From positions 1-64,000 of the forward strand of contig MQRK01235066.1 in assembly GCA_001938485.1 (NCBI GenBank): a stretch of 64,000 nt of DNA, read 5' to 3'. This document shows, in pieces, positions 39,617 through 52,345 of this stretch (its first letter is position 1; every line of letters starts with the position of its first letter). Made by a program: the position numbers and the translations under genes. The DNA is from Girardia tigrina. Lineage: Eukaryota. The notes under the pieces are model-generated. The model was not told where the DNA came from, ran no database searches, and saw only the letters and a program-made list of their open reading frames with translations.

Positions 39617-40631
39617 GTTTCTCGATTAATTTTAATTTGAATAATATTGATTTTAAATCTTTTTATAATTTGAAAACGTTCTGTTTATCTAAATGAGCCA
39701 CACGTACCGTGAAAATGATTCAATGATTAAATATTATTTTATTAATTAATACAGTCGAAATTAATACAGTTGAATGTATATTTCTTGTTATAGCTTTACA
39801 AAGATAGATGCGGATTTACGGTTGAACAAATATGACAGTGTATTTCTTCCTTGAAATACGTATTTTTCAATGTTATTTAAACTTAAACTTATTTTGATCC
39901 TATTACTTTATTTTATTACAAATCTACTAAATTAAATATGTAAATTGAATTCATTTACATGTATTAATGTGGTCTTTAGAACTAGTAAAATTGTTTTTTT
40001 TTGCAAAATTTGAAGCAAATAAAAACAAATGAAGTAATTCTGGGTATTTAAAGAATTTGAAAGAGTTATTTTGAATATTCTAGGAAATATGTAGATACAA
40101 ACATTTTCCATATTTTAACATTATTTGTGTAAGTAGCGCATATTATGGGAAAGGTTATCAAAAGGTTACCCACAATATACACTTTTTAACATATATAGGT
40201 TTGATATATTAGATTGATATAAATAAAACAAGTTTTCTTCGATGGTCTGTAATCATTCATAGATTAGTTGATATCTGTTTAACCGCTATAAACATTGTTG
40301 TTGGAATTGTTATTTGAGGCATAAGTATTAGAAAGACGTGTGACGTTTATTGCTACCCATAGTTTAACATACAAAAATAAATCCTTGATTCATAAAACTG
40401 TTTGACGAATTCGTTTAAGCGAACTTTTTGTTTCCTAAAATTGGTAATGATAGATCGGCCATATAATCATTGTATTTGTCTTCGCTTGATGATTGTTTCT
40501 TGGATATTTGTATAAATTGTTCTTCGGATATACTATGAGAAATTTAGACAAGCATTTCGATTGACAGGAGATATTCCACTTGATGTTTTCTGACCACTGG
40601 AATCTTGGCAAAGTCTTCATAACACACACAT

Positions 40632-40675
<44 letters not shown>

Positions 40676-41318
40676 CATTTTTTTGAAAATATATACATTT
40701 TTGTTAGCCATATGACAATAGCAATCTTCAACTAGCATGAACATTTTCACTTTGTTAGTTATGTATGTATAAAAAATGTTTATCATAAAACAAGTAATAA
40801 AAATTTGATCCGAATCGAACATAATTTGAACAAATTTAATAGTAAGTTCGCCGAAAATCGATATTTCAAATAATTAAAATTTATAGGAATTTCGTAAAAT
40901 ATTTCTTAAAAATCGAATTTTCATTATTTGTTAAAATTTTCCAGAACGTTTATTTTATCTGCGCTTTTAATTATGGTACAAGATTATTCTTTTTAATTAT
41001 TTTTGTTTAAATTTATAATTTTTTTATTCTTAATTACAAAAATATATTTATCAACTTTACACTTAAAAATTATTAATTCTGATTTTTTTAAATGTCTCAT
41101 TTTATTTTCAAATACACTAATAGATTTCTTAATTTTTCGTTTCAAAATTATTTCTTAATATTTATTAAATTTTAATTATTTCATTTTAATCATAAATTTT
41201 CAAATTTATGAAATATATATTTGATTTCACTTTCAACATCAATTTGGAATTTTGTAACTATTTAACCTCGAATTTGTGAATTACTTGTATTCTTATCTAA
41301 TTCGTTTTTTGGAAACCA

Positions 41319-41812
41319 CAGTCTTTCGAAATGTGCTTCGAATACTATTACCAAATACTGCTGCCTCAGTTGATGTGCGCTGGGAATAACTCCGATACCC
41401 TTCAGGTTCGTTTCCAAGTACACCTTTAAGTTGGCGTCATCAAGAACATGAAGTGGCACATTGACACTACTTAAAACTTCCACCAGGCGCATTATTTCTG
41501 GTTGTCGATGCTGCTTTTGTGCGGTTTGCTTCTCAAAAACTTGAAATATACTGACATGCAGTTTCTGTTTGTTTGCTTCAAGTGACTCATCACCTTTCAC
41601 ATTTGCTGTCTTCCGTTTGTGAACATTACTGTCCAGAAGCTTCGTACAGCTGTCCTTGCGAATAAAATCAACGGGCACATTGCAAGTACTGCAGAACAGC
41701 AAATAACCAGTTATATTAAAACGTTCCAGTCTTGAACTGTCTTGCCCGCACTGTTGGTGTCACCAACTCGGCAGTTTTACTTTTTGCCTTACCGCCAATC
41801 TTTCTTTTATTT
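41319..41812 (-). pseudogene. CGGBP1-like (hAT-derived Zn-finger) coding fragment flanked by ~124-bp direct repeats
   Basis: KSKTAELVTP..LFCSTCNV..RK...NVPL..LD...IPSAHQLRQQYL parallels CGGBP1; repeats 41195-41318 and 41813-41937. Confidence 0.8.
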
Positions 41813-44234
41813 AATTTTCAAATTTATAAAATATATATTTGATTTCACTTTCAACATCAATTTGGAATTTTGTACCTATTTAACCTCGGTTTTTTTGAAT
41901 TACTTGTATTCTTATCTAATTCGTTTTTTGGAAACCATCTATAATATTTGTAATTTATTGGAAAATAAAAGAACCATTTAATCATGATGATTAGTCACAC
42001 TACAATTGACATTCTATCGCTAGTTAAATGACCTTTACATGACTTAATAATTTTATTTTTCCAATACTTCAAAAAAATTCCCTTTTTGTATATTTTTTTA
42101 AAATAAGAATGTCTCAAGATCTTAAAAGAATAAAAGACATATTCAAAGGTGTACTGCTAAAAATGTTTTTATTTAAGTTCATGTGAACATAAGAATGATT
42201 ACGCGTTTAATTTATGTTTATAATAATAATAGGAACATTTTATAACTTTACAAAATAAAGAAGCCATTAAAGAAAAGTTTCAAAACATTTTGATATCTTG
42301 TCAATAAATGTGAGTTAAAGCTTGTGGGGAACATCGTGTTGTTCAAATGAAACAGTATTGCATAAATGTTTTATGTTCAACTAATAAAAAATTACAGATA
42401 AATAAAATTTTTTTTGCAAAATAGAAAGCAATCTCTCATTGTATTTTCTATTTTATTTTCGTATTTTTATTAATTAGTCGCTTTCTGTTTTTAAAATGTG
42501 AGAAGTATTCGTGACGTCAATATCAGAATTCATTTTACTCAAATTAAGAAGCGTTAAATTCTTTTATTAAAACTAAATTATTAAAGTTGTTGATTTTCTT
42601 TTTGCATGGTAATGTTTATATATACCTTTCTTAGGTTACTTCAGAAAATAAACCATAAAAAATGCTTAGCTCCTACATGATATCTGTGGAAATTTGTTCA
42701 AAATAAGCACAATCTATTACAAATCAAATTAATGGGAGTCTTTAGTACGCGATTTTCTTTGCCAAATTTGTATGTTGTAACAAAAAAACGTTGTAACGAA
42801 GATCGAACATTATTTTAAATGTTAACTGTATCAGCTGCTCTTTTACCTTCCATATATTTCGAGTTTTCGATGAAAGTCTTGTGTAAAAATGTAATTTTGA
42901 AAAATTATATGCTAATAGAATGTGACAAGCAAATTGGCAGATAAGAATATCATATAAACATCTATTTATGTAGAACGTAAGATGTCTGAATTATAAAAAT
43001 TATAAGAACGTTTTTAATTCCTCCGATACAAGTAATGTATAAAATTAATATAAAATTCTCCTTGACAAAGTTCCATTTTTATTTCGAATTATTAAAAAGT
43101 TATATGATAAATGTTTACTTTAATTACAAAGTTTAGAATTTTATTATATTATTTTTTAAGACTATTTTCCATGTTTTCATCATTGAATATTAATTTCCGG
43201 GAAAATATTGTCAGTAGAAAAAAAACAAAATTCATTTTCTGAAAATTGGATTTTTTTTTAATTGAAAGTTATTCAAAAATGTTTCATTATCGACAGAGAT
43301 TCTCAGTAAAACTTTTCGTTTTATAGAGGAATGATTTGTAGTAAATTGAGTTAATGAATGATATCAGAAATTCCCTTTCTTGTGAAACAATGAAAAATTG
43401 CATTTGAAAATTAATTTGTCAGCAAGACTTTGATTAATTGAAAAAAATTATTTTTGAATTATTCCTTTTATACTATTTAATCAAAATTTTTGTATATGAA
43501 TATGAATTATTATTTTTTACAATATTATTATTTTTTTACTATTACTATTTCATTATTTTTATGATTATTATTTAATTAATGATATCATAATTATATTTGT
43601 TGCTATCGCGTTGATTTAATTATTATGAGAATTATTTTTTTTTGTTTTTTCCCTAATTTTGTATTAAGAAGAATTATTAAACATTTTTTACTCATATTTA
43701 ATATCTATTTTAACTGATTTTATTTTTCGATTTTAAATTTTATTTATTACTATTTACTTACAAATATTAGGAATTTTCAAATTTGTGTAAATTTTTCAAC
43801 TTTATTCGCTTTTTTTGACACTTGAGATTTAGGATTTTTTATGCAATTTCACGGAAAATCGTGTAATTTTTTTTGAAACACTTAAGTATTTTTTATTCTT
43901 TATTGATAATTTTATTTTCTTAAGTAACACAAAGTATGTATTTATAAACATTACTAATCAAAAATAAATTCAAAAGCTTTAATAATTTATACTTTATTAA
44001 TATGAATTGTTAATATAATTATGTAAAAGTCGATTTTTCAAAATCTGACTTTAAAATAACATACAAATGGTTTCATTTCCTATAATATGTATGCTAACCA
44101 AAAGACATTTCATTTTCTATTTAATTTAATTCTTTTGAATTTTTATAACATTTTTGTATTCTTAATAAGAAATTTTAAAAATAATGGCAAATTTTATGAA
44201 AATCAATAACGCAATTCAAAAAACTAAATTTTAT

Positions 44235-44290
44235 GGTTGCAGTATATTTCGGTGAATTATCAACCATCTTCAGGCTTAATTAACAACAAT
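44235..44290 (-). ncRNA. Minimal type-I hammerhead-ribozyme motif
   Basis: gc-CTGAAGA-t-ggt-tgataattc-acc-GAAA-tata-ct-gc: intact CUGANGA and GAAA, 3-bp stem II, palindromic TATA; U16.1 reads C. Confidence 0.6.
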
Positions 44291-44800
44291 TTTACTGTCT
44301 TATATGTATCGAATTGATGATTATGCAATGAGATGACAATAAGTCTCTCCAATGTGTGGCATTGAAAATTGATAAACCAGATTGAAACATAAAGTCAAAG
44401 GACTTGGAGATTTAATACTTTGAATTTTGTATTATTTAGAAATGATTTTTTCACTCTTCGTATTTCATGTTCGTGAAATATCTAGTTTTGAATGATTTAA
44501 AGTTTTAATAAAATATGGCAAGTGAATCAAGATTTTAACGGTTGTATCCCATGAAACTCATCTCTGAAATGGTACATTTTAAAATTTTAACCTGGTCCTG
44601 AAAACAGTAAATCGATCTTTTTCGAGTTCATTAGCATAAAAGTAAGTAATGCTATATTGTTACTGGTAAGACCTAAATGTGATCGTCCTAAAAAACTTTG
44701 ATAATGATTTTTTTTGTCCAAAGTGGGAGAGAATTGTTGTGCAGAGTGGTTGTTAGCTTACTAACAGTTTTTCGGCACTAAAATCAATTGTAAAGCTATG
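44290..44800 (-). mobile_element. Decayed Penelope-like remnant
   Basis: Frame-broken NLVYQF..IGETYCHL (GIY-YIG) and ELEKD RT-end motif upstream of the hammerhead motif. Confidence 0.55.
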
Positions 44801-45542
44801 TAACGTTGAAAAAATATACTCCAAACTAAGTAAAGTATTAGGAGAGCTAATTTTCCCATTTATAATTAATATAACTGGATGTGAAAATATGTTCTCTATG
44901 AATATTGAATTATGAATACACATACAGGGTGCGGCAGCTATTTGAGAACACGTAATATAGACACCATATCTTTTTGTGTATTTTTCTTTTTTTGTATATA
45001 TATCTTTTGTATTTTACCAATAACAGATGCTATTCCACATTTTAAACCTAGCCTACCTGAAAGAAACTTACTATTGTATTTAAATAGAATGAAAAACCTA
45101 TTGTTACAATTTGAAAAAAAATTAGATGTAATAATAATAACATTTTCTGCCATTTGATGAATATTCTGGCAATAATATTTCCTTGATTAAAAAAATAGAA
45201 ATCACATCGTTTTACAACATATTACACTCTAACTAAATATAACAAAGAAAATAAAGTAAAAAATGAAGAATCAGAAACGGGAAATCTTTTTTACAAAGTT
45301 TATTCTCCCGATTTTGGACGTTAAGATTACCGTCTATTTCATTTGAAAATATTGTATTATTATTAGTGTCATTACTTTTGATATTATATTAATGTATACA
45401 TTATATACTTGTAATTTGCTAACTTAACAAGTTAAAATAATTTTAAAAGGTTCATAATTTCTCTTTTCACTGAAAATATATTCGTTTAAAATATTCTCAA
45501 CTTTATTAATGATTTAAAAATGTTATTATTTCAAAATAATAT

Positions 45543-45995
45543 TGTGACGAATATTTGGAATGTTGTGTGTTGATTTGGAATAGTGTCTCTCCTACCCAGA
45601 TGACTGATTAATATTTTAATTCTTATTATCTGAAAATATGTAATGTTTAATGTATTTCGAATTTAAAATAACTGTAAAATTTTAAATAAGTTGATTGATT
45701 TTCTTTTACTTTTTTTAAACAATTAAAATGAATCAATATTTTTTAAATATATAATATTCATTTTAATTTTTAACCAATAAAGTTTTGAAGAAGTATTTTA
45801 ACAATTTATGTAATCTCCATTTACTCAGATAATAAGATTAAAGTCATTATTTAATTAGACGGATGTAATTGTACGAAAGCATTGACAAAGATTGTTCTGG
45901 GGACAATCAGACTTGTAATATGAATAAAAAATCTTAAAAGTCATTTTGGTGTTCTTAATAGATATTATTATCCAGACTTACCAAACAACATCTGA
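45543..45995 (+). repeat. Diverged third copy of the TG-starting repeat
   Basis: tgttgtgtgttgatttggaatagtgtctctccta..cagatg and DCSGDNQTCN ORF-start motif. Confidence 0.7.
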
Positions 45996-46065
45996 TTTTA
46001 CTTAAGAAATTCATATAAATAATTAATAAAATGTTTCCTTATTGATTAACATTGATATTTTGTAG

Positions 46066-46156
46066 AGTGTCTACAGAAAAAAGCCAGGTCTCACAATGAT
46101 AGAAGCTAAGAAAACGGAAAACTTCGCCAAGAATCGATATAGGGACATTTCTCCAT
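46066..46156 (+). CDS. PTPN3/4: PTPN3/4 exon, PTP domain start SVYRKKPGLTMIEAKKTENFAKNRYRDISP
   Basis: YRKKPG and KNRYRDISP pTyr-recognition loop. Confidence 0.96.
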
Positions 46157-48208
46157 GTATGAAATTTATTGATTATTTGTCATTTCTAATAGTTCTTATT
46201 TTATAACTTCTTAATATTATTTTGATATAAGTAAATTATAACAAATTTCTAAAATTCTACAATGAAATTAATTTAATTGTTACTTTTAAATTTTACAGTA
46301 TTTTTAATTATTTCTTAGTCAAATATATTTAAAATTTCCTTGTTAAAATCAATGAAAATTGTCCTTATATTCATCATATTTTCTTGGGATAAAAGAAATT
46401 CAGCTCACAGTGTTTTTATGTATAAGTATAATATGACATAATATGAGATATAGAAAATTTCAACTGTCTTTACTTGAAGTCTTCTTCAAGTGTCCCTAAC
46501 ATTCACAGTGATATGTTGCTTTTTTGTTATCTTTTTTATCGTTACAATCATGTCTAACTAAATTCAAAAGAAAGAAATTATTTTAGAAATATTTTCTTAG
46601 AAAATAATATTTTTATTACATTAATTAGGAAATGTTTGTTGAGAATAATGCTGGTTTAAATAGAAACTTTATGTCAAGGTATCATTGGAAGAACATCATT
46701 GTGTTTTAGAAGTATTATGTAGCAACCTTTTCTATGTAACCGAAATTATAATTTTAAAAAGGAAATGGTGTTGGAGCTTCTTTCCATGCAAAAAACTTAA
46801 AAAATTCAATTATTTCTGAAATCAAAATTACATTTAATGAAAGATTTTCAATCATTAATATTTTTTGTCTTTAATAAAATATATTTTTTTCTCATTATTA
46901 CATTTTAATGGATTTATTATATATTTTGTTTTGTGGTGTCCGATATTTTGAAGTAAAATATTATATCAAAATCATAAATCGAAAATAATTTTCGGACAAA
47001 TGTAGATCCTTTTAATCGAAAATATGGCTTGATTACATTTATTGTTAATGATACATGGATAAGATATATTTGTAAGCCCCTTTTCTTATGAAAATATGAC
47101 AGTCAAAACTAATTAATACATTTTCAAAACCATAAAGTCTATGGTTGTAATATCAATTAATATAAGCGGCACTATACAGTGGTTTGGCCGATATTTGTAT
47201 TTTTAATATCTTGCTTTATTAATTAAAAAAAGCTCAATTACGGGATTATATGTATTAAATTTCACTATTAAGTTTAGTTTGCTAAAACATTTAATATCGT
47301 CATATTAGTATATAAAGTAGTACATATAGCACAAAATTATTTGCACATCGCATAAAATTTCAGAAAATATTAAATTAAAAATATTAAAATTTCAAACTTT
47401 TTTATTGGTAACGTCAATAAACTCTGGTAAAATCTCTTAAAATAAATAAAAAAGGAATATACCTAATTACACTTACCAATTAGTCAGATAAGTATAAACA
47501 CTGTTTTAAACCAGTTATAATAACTAAAACATTTATAAAATATATTTTAAAAATATATAAAAATAGGTATATTTATTTAAAGTTAGCCACTCTGTGCTCT
47601 CATTAGTGAGTAAATAAAAATAATAGAATATTGTAAAATGATTTAGGTCGAAGAATATTATTATATCCATCTTTAGGTTCGTGCTTCATAAAAAAATAAT
47701 AATTTGTTGAAAGGATTGTCATATTGCCCAAGATTAACTAATATTCATAACAATTGAATCGCTCAGTGTAACTCGAGGATAATTATATTAAAACACTATT
47801 CTTATTTTCCACTTTTACTACCATTTTCCTTTACATAAGGAGAAATACGGTCAATGAAATCACAATACGATCACTTTTGACACCAAAATGGGTTTTATTT
47901 TTATAAATAATGTTTAAAACAATAAAATCGGTAGTTTTGTAAAAAAAATTTATTCATTTTCTTTAGAATCTTTAATTGAAATTTTCTTTCTTTTTTTTAA
48001 AATATTTTATCTCGCATATGCAGTCATTTATGATTCCCATTGTAAATTCAATTTGGATTTTTTTTCGATTAAATTTCATTTTTTTATAGGATCAGGCAAC
48101 AAAAATCAATGTATTATTGTTTCAATCCGACTTTTGAAAGATAAAATATTCACTGTTTTGTGTTGAAACGACAAAGATATTTATCCTTTTATACATTAAA
48201 TATTTTAT

Positions 48209-48632
48209 GGGGTACATGGAAATGGCACTCCGAAAACGAAGCTATTCAAATCCGCAATCAGTGCGGAACTATTTTGTAAAACTTTTTCGAGCCGGACCCA
48301 ATATTTATGGATTTTACCCTGATCCCACTGTTTGATTGCAAAGAAACATACATAAATTCTTCCATTAACCAGTCAGTCGTTTTGCCACGTCGACCGACTC
48401 GATCTGGCAACTTGTTTTAGTTATTCACCCGTAATATCGACTCAGAATCGATCAGATTGTTGAAAATTGCGATCTCGAACTCCAGAAATTGGTGCAGTCC
48501 AACTATTTATTAAAAATACTTTCTGCAGAAAATCCGCAGAATTCCGTCCTTGAAAATTTTCAGTTGATTTTTGTGATCTAAAACTATAACATTTTGAGTT
48601 CAGAAATCGGAAACGTCTTTTACGTGAATACC
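48209..48632 (+). mobile_element. Non-autonomous DNA transposon copy 1 (~365 bp shared with 50027-50413)
   Basis: High-identity direct repeat; ends tacc|TTAA. Confidence 0.7.
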
Positions 48633-50026
48633 TTAAGCGTGACACTGGATAATGTTTTTATGAAATTTTGATTCATTAAACTTTCCAATCCATAATTCGT
48701 AACACTCACAAAAAATATAAATCTCCATTTTTAAAACCTAAATATTTACAAGTACATCTGTTAAAACTATGAGAATTAAAAACAAGTTTTATACAGATAA
48801 ATATGGTATATTCCGAAGGTTCGATTTATTTTTTCGTTATTTTTAATTTTATACTGATTTAAACACAAAATCTCTTTCTTAGAAATAATGATACACATTT
48901 TAAATTCTTTAATTTCCTTTATAAATTTACTTGAATTCTTTAAAGTATATTTTTTACATCTTAATTTTTTTAATGAGTAGAAGAATTTAATAAATAAAAT
49001 ATTACATTAAATTCATCAAAGATTTTTCTATCTGATTTTCATCGATATCAGGATAATAAATTACAAAGTTTTATTTTCTTTGAAAAAAATTAATTTTACG
49101 CTTCAAAAATGACTAACTTCTTTCATCGATATCAATAATAGATATTATTTATTTATTATTTTGAAATCTAGATATCATTTTTGCTAAACTTTCGGCAATA
49201 GATTGAAGGAATTATATTTTAACATTTATAGATATTTAAATTATATTTGGATATTATTTACAATTTGGTGGTACATTAATTCCTCACCTTAACTTTTTCT
49301 CGTATTTAATTAAATTTTACTCCAAAGAATTGAATTTGATAGAATTTATCTAAGATAGCCGATTTTATTAGTGTATAACGTCGGAAAACTAGTGACTACA
49401 GAAAACATAACCTTAAAATATTCCAATGGAGAATTTTAAGAAAACTGATTGTGCTTTGTGGACAGTGCGTATGAATTTATGATCGATGGGGACCCTGCTA
49501 AATATTCTGGTCTAGATAAACAATAAAATATTTTGTTTTCTAAAACAAAAAGAAGTTTACTGAAATATTGGTCCTGTTGATTCTGTTTGTAGAAGATCAT
49601 TTTTGTAATTACCACGCTTATATTAACTCATTTCATCTGTTCGTGTATTTGCGTATTCGTTTGCAATGAATCTTTGAAACAATTTTCGCCCACTTCCCGT
49701 GGTTCGATTGAACTGAAATTTGGTAAGAATTTGTAATATCGATGAAAACACATGAATCAATTAAAAGGTTTATTATTTAAATAATTAGTTAGTATTTTCT
49801 TTCTCTTATTCAAAGTAAATATAGGAACAGTTAATTTCAATTTCTTGTTAATTTTTCCATTCGTTATAACTTTATGGATTTTTGGTATTTATCTTAATAA
49901 AACAATTTTGGATTCATTTTTAATTATAGTTTATTTGGTTATATCTTTGTCATGAAAAATTTTAAAAATATTGATTTTCTGTACTCGGATAATTTCACTC
50001 TTTCCTATAATTTTACTTCGGTTTAA

Positions 50027-50413
50027 GGTGCGGAAATGGCGCTACGAAAACGAAGCTATTCAAATCCGCAATCAACGCAGAACTATTGTGTAAAACGTTT
50101 TCGAGCCGGACCCAATAGTTATGGATTCTACCCTGATCTTACTGTTTGATTGCTCAGAAACATACATAAATACTTCCCTTAACCAGTCAGTCGTTTTGCC
50201 ACCTCGACCGACTCGATTTGGCAACTTGTTTTAGTTATTCACCCGAAATCCCGACTCCGAATCGATCAGATTGTTGAAAATTGCGATCTCGAACTCCAGA
50301 AATCGGCACAGTCCAACTATTTATTAAAACTATTTTCAGCAGAAAACCCGTAGAATTCCACCCAGGAAAATTTTCAGTTGATTTTTGTGATCTCCACGGT
50401 TTTCCACCGCAGT
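50027..50413 (+). mobile_element. Non-autonomous DNA transposon copy 2 (possibly Kolobok-like)
   Basis: TTAA|GGTGCGG ... CCGCAG; shares core with 48217-48580. Confidence 0.65.
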
Positions 50414-50424
50414 ATAGTTATCAT

Positions 50425-52345
50425 TAGGGCACGGATTTTATTGACATTTCATTTTTTGAGACGCCTTCCAAGTGAATTGGTTGTATATGAACACGTTTCA
50501 ACACATTTTAATACGATTAGGGCAATTTTTATTTGTCATTATTTTACCTTTTTAGGTCATTTTTATGCTTTTGTACTTTTTAGGTTATTTTTTCACTTTG
50601 GAGGTAATATTTTATTTTTTAGGTCATTTTATTTTTTGTTAGGTTATTTTTACATATTTTCTTTTTCTATATTTATTGAATTAAAAAAAATGTTAAATCT
50701 AATATTATAAATTGCTTAAATAATATAAAATTCGTCAATATTTCAAAAGTCCTTGTAAATTATTTAAATGATTTGTTATGCCAAAAAAAGCCAACATCAC
50801 AGCTTTTGCGATATTTAGCAAATTAATTTGGAACCGATATATTCTCTACTGATGGAAAATTTTGTTTTGCAAAATTTGTGATACGAAGGTAGCGGCTGAA
50901 AATCGATTTGCAACATGTTCCAAGAAAGAAGCATAGTATGGGTTTACAACGAATGAATGCTAAAAAGCGAACTATAATGAATTCTTTCACTTCGACAAGT
51001 CACAGTCCTTGTAAATTTTCTATGAATTTGTGTGAAGCTTTGTTGTCCGCAAATATTCAATTAGGCAAACTAAATAATCGTAAGTTTCGAAAGTTTTTGG
51101 AGGATTATAAATGTATTCCTGACGAATCTATACTGCGAAAGACATATGTTAAAATTTGCTTGGAAAAAAATATTCACAGAATACGTGATTTAGTAGATTA
51201 TTTTATTTTTAAAAAATACGGGTTTCAATCGATGAAACTATTGATTCGAATGGCCGTTATATAGGAAATGTAGTAATCGGAACTTTAGAATGTGGAAGGG
51301 AAGGTAATATGTTTATTTAAACAACAGAAATATTGGAAAAGGTAAAACACTCGACTGTCTGTAAGTTATTTGACGAATCTATGCTTCTTTTATGGCCAAA
51401 TAGCATACCACGGGATAATATTATGCTTTTCTTAACTGACGCTGCTCCGTATATGGTAAAGGCTGCAACTGGATTAAAGTATTTTTATACCAAAATGATT
51501 CACGTTCATGGTTTACATCGAACTGCGGAGAAAATCCGAAAATATTATCCAAAAGTCTATCTGCTTATAAGCAGTGTCAAAAAGGTTTTTTAAAGCACCA
51601 TCTCGGGTAGAATTGTTTCGCAATCTTGTCCTAAATTTATCTCTTCCTCTTCAACCAATAATAACAAGATGGGGAACATGGTTATGCGCTGCAACTTATT
51701 ATTCAGAAAATTTTAAAATATTTCAAAACTTCATTGAAAAACTAGATGCAGAATAATCAGTCTGCGTGATAATTGGCACAGGAATGCTTTAGGGATATTA
51801 ATATTGAAGATGATCTTGCCTATATTAAAGCGAACTTTCAAATTATCTCAAAGATTATAACAAAATTAGAAAAAATAAGAGAAAGTTTAAATAGTACTTG
51901 ACACAGTTCATGATGTACTCATGTCGTCACAAGGATTCATTAGCAATGCAGTTTATTCAAAGTTTATAAAAGTATTCGAGAAAAATTCAGGATTTGCAAC
52001 AATTGAAAAGATCAATGATGTTTTAATTGGAAAAATTTGTTGAGTGATGCATGCTTTTTTAAATATGCACCGGTTACTTCCGTGGACGTTGAAAGATCAT
52101 TTTCAATGTTCAAAAATCTTTTTGCTGATTATCGCCGATCATTTACTTGGGAAAATCTCAAAATGACTTTTGTTACATATTGTAATAATGTGGAATAATG
52201 AAAGAATAAAAAAACTTCTTAAAATGTCTTTTGTTTAAACTTTTTTAGGTCATTTTTTTGCATTTTTAACGTTATTTTTATCAATTTTTAAGTCACTTTT
52301 TATGTTCATTTTTTGATTTTTAAGGTCATTAAATTCCGTGCCCTA
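50425..52345 (+). mobile_element. Full-length degenerate hAT transposon
   Basis: TIR tagggcacgga / tccgtgcccta; 8-bp TSD GTTATCAT; FLTDAAPYM, TRWGTWL and PVTSVDVERSFS motifs with frameshifts. Confidence 0.93.
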
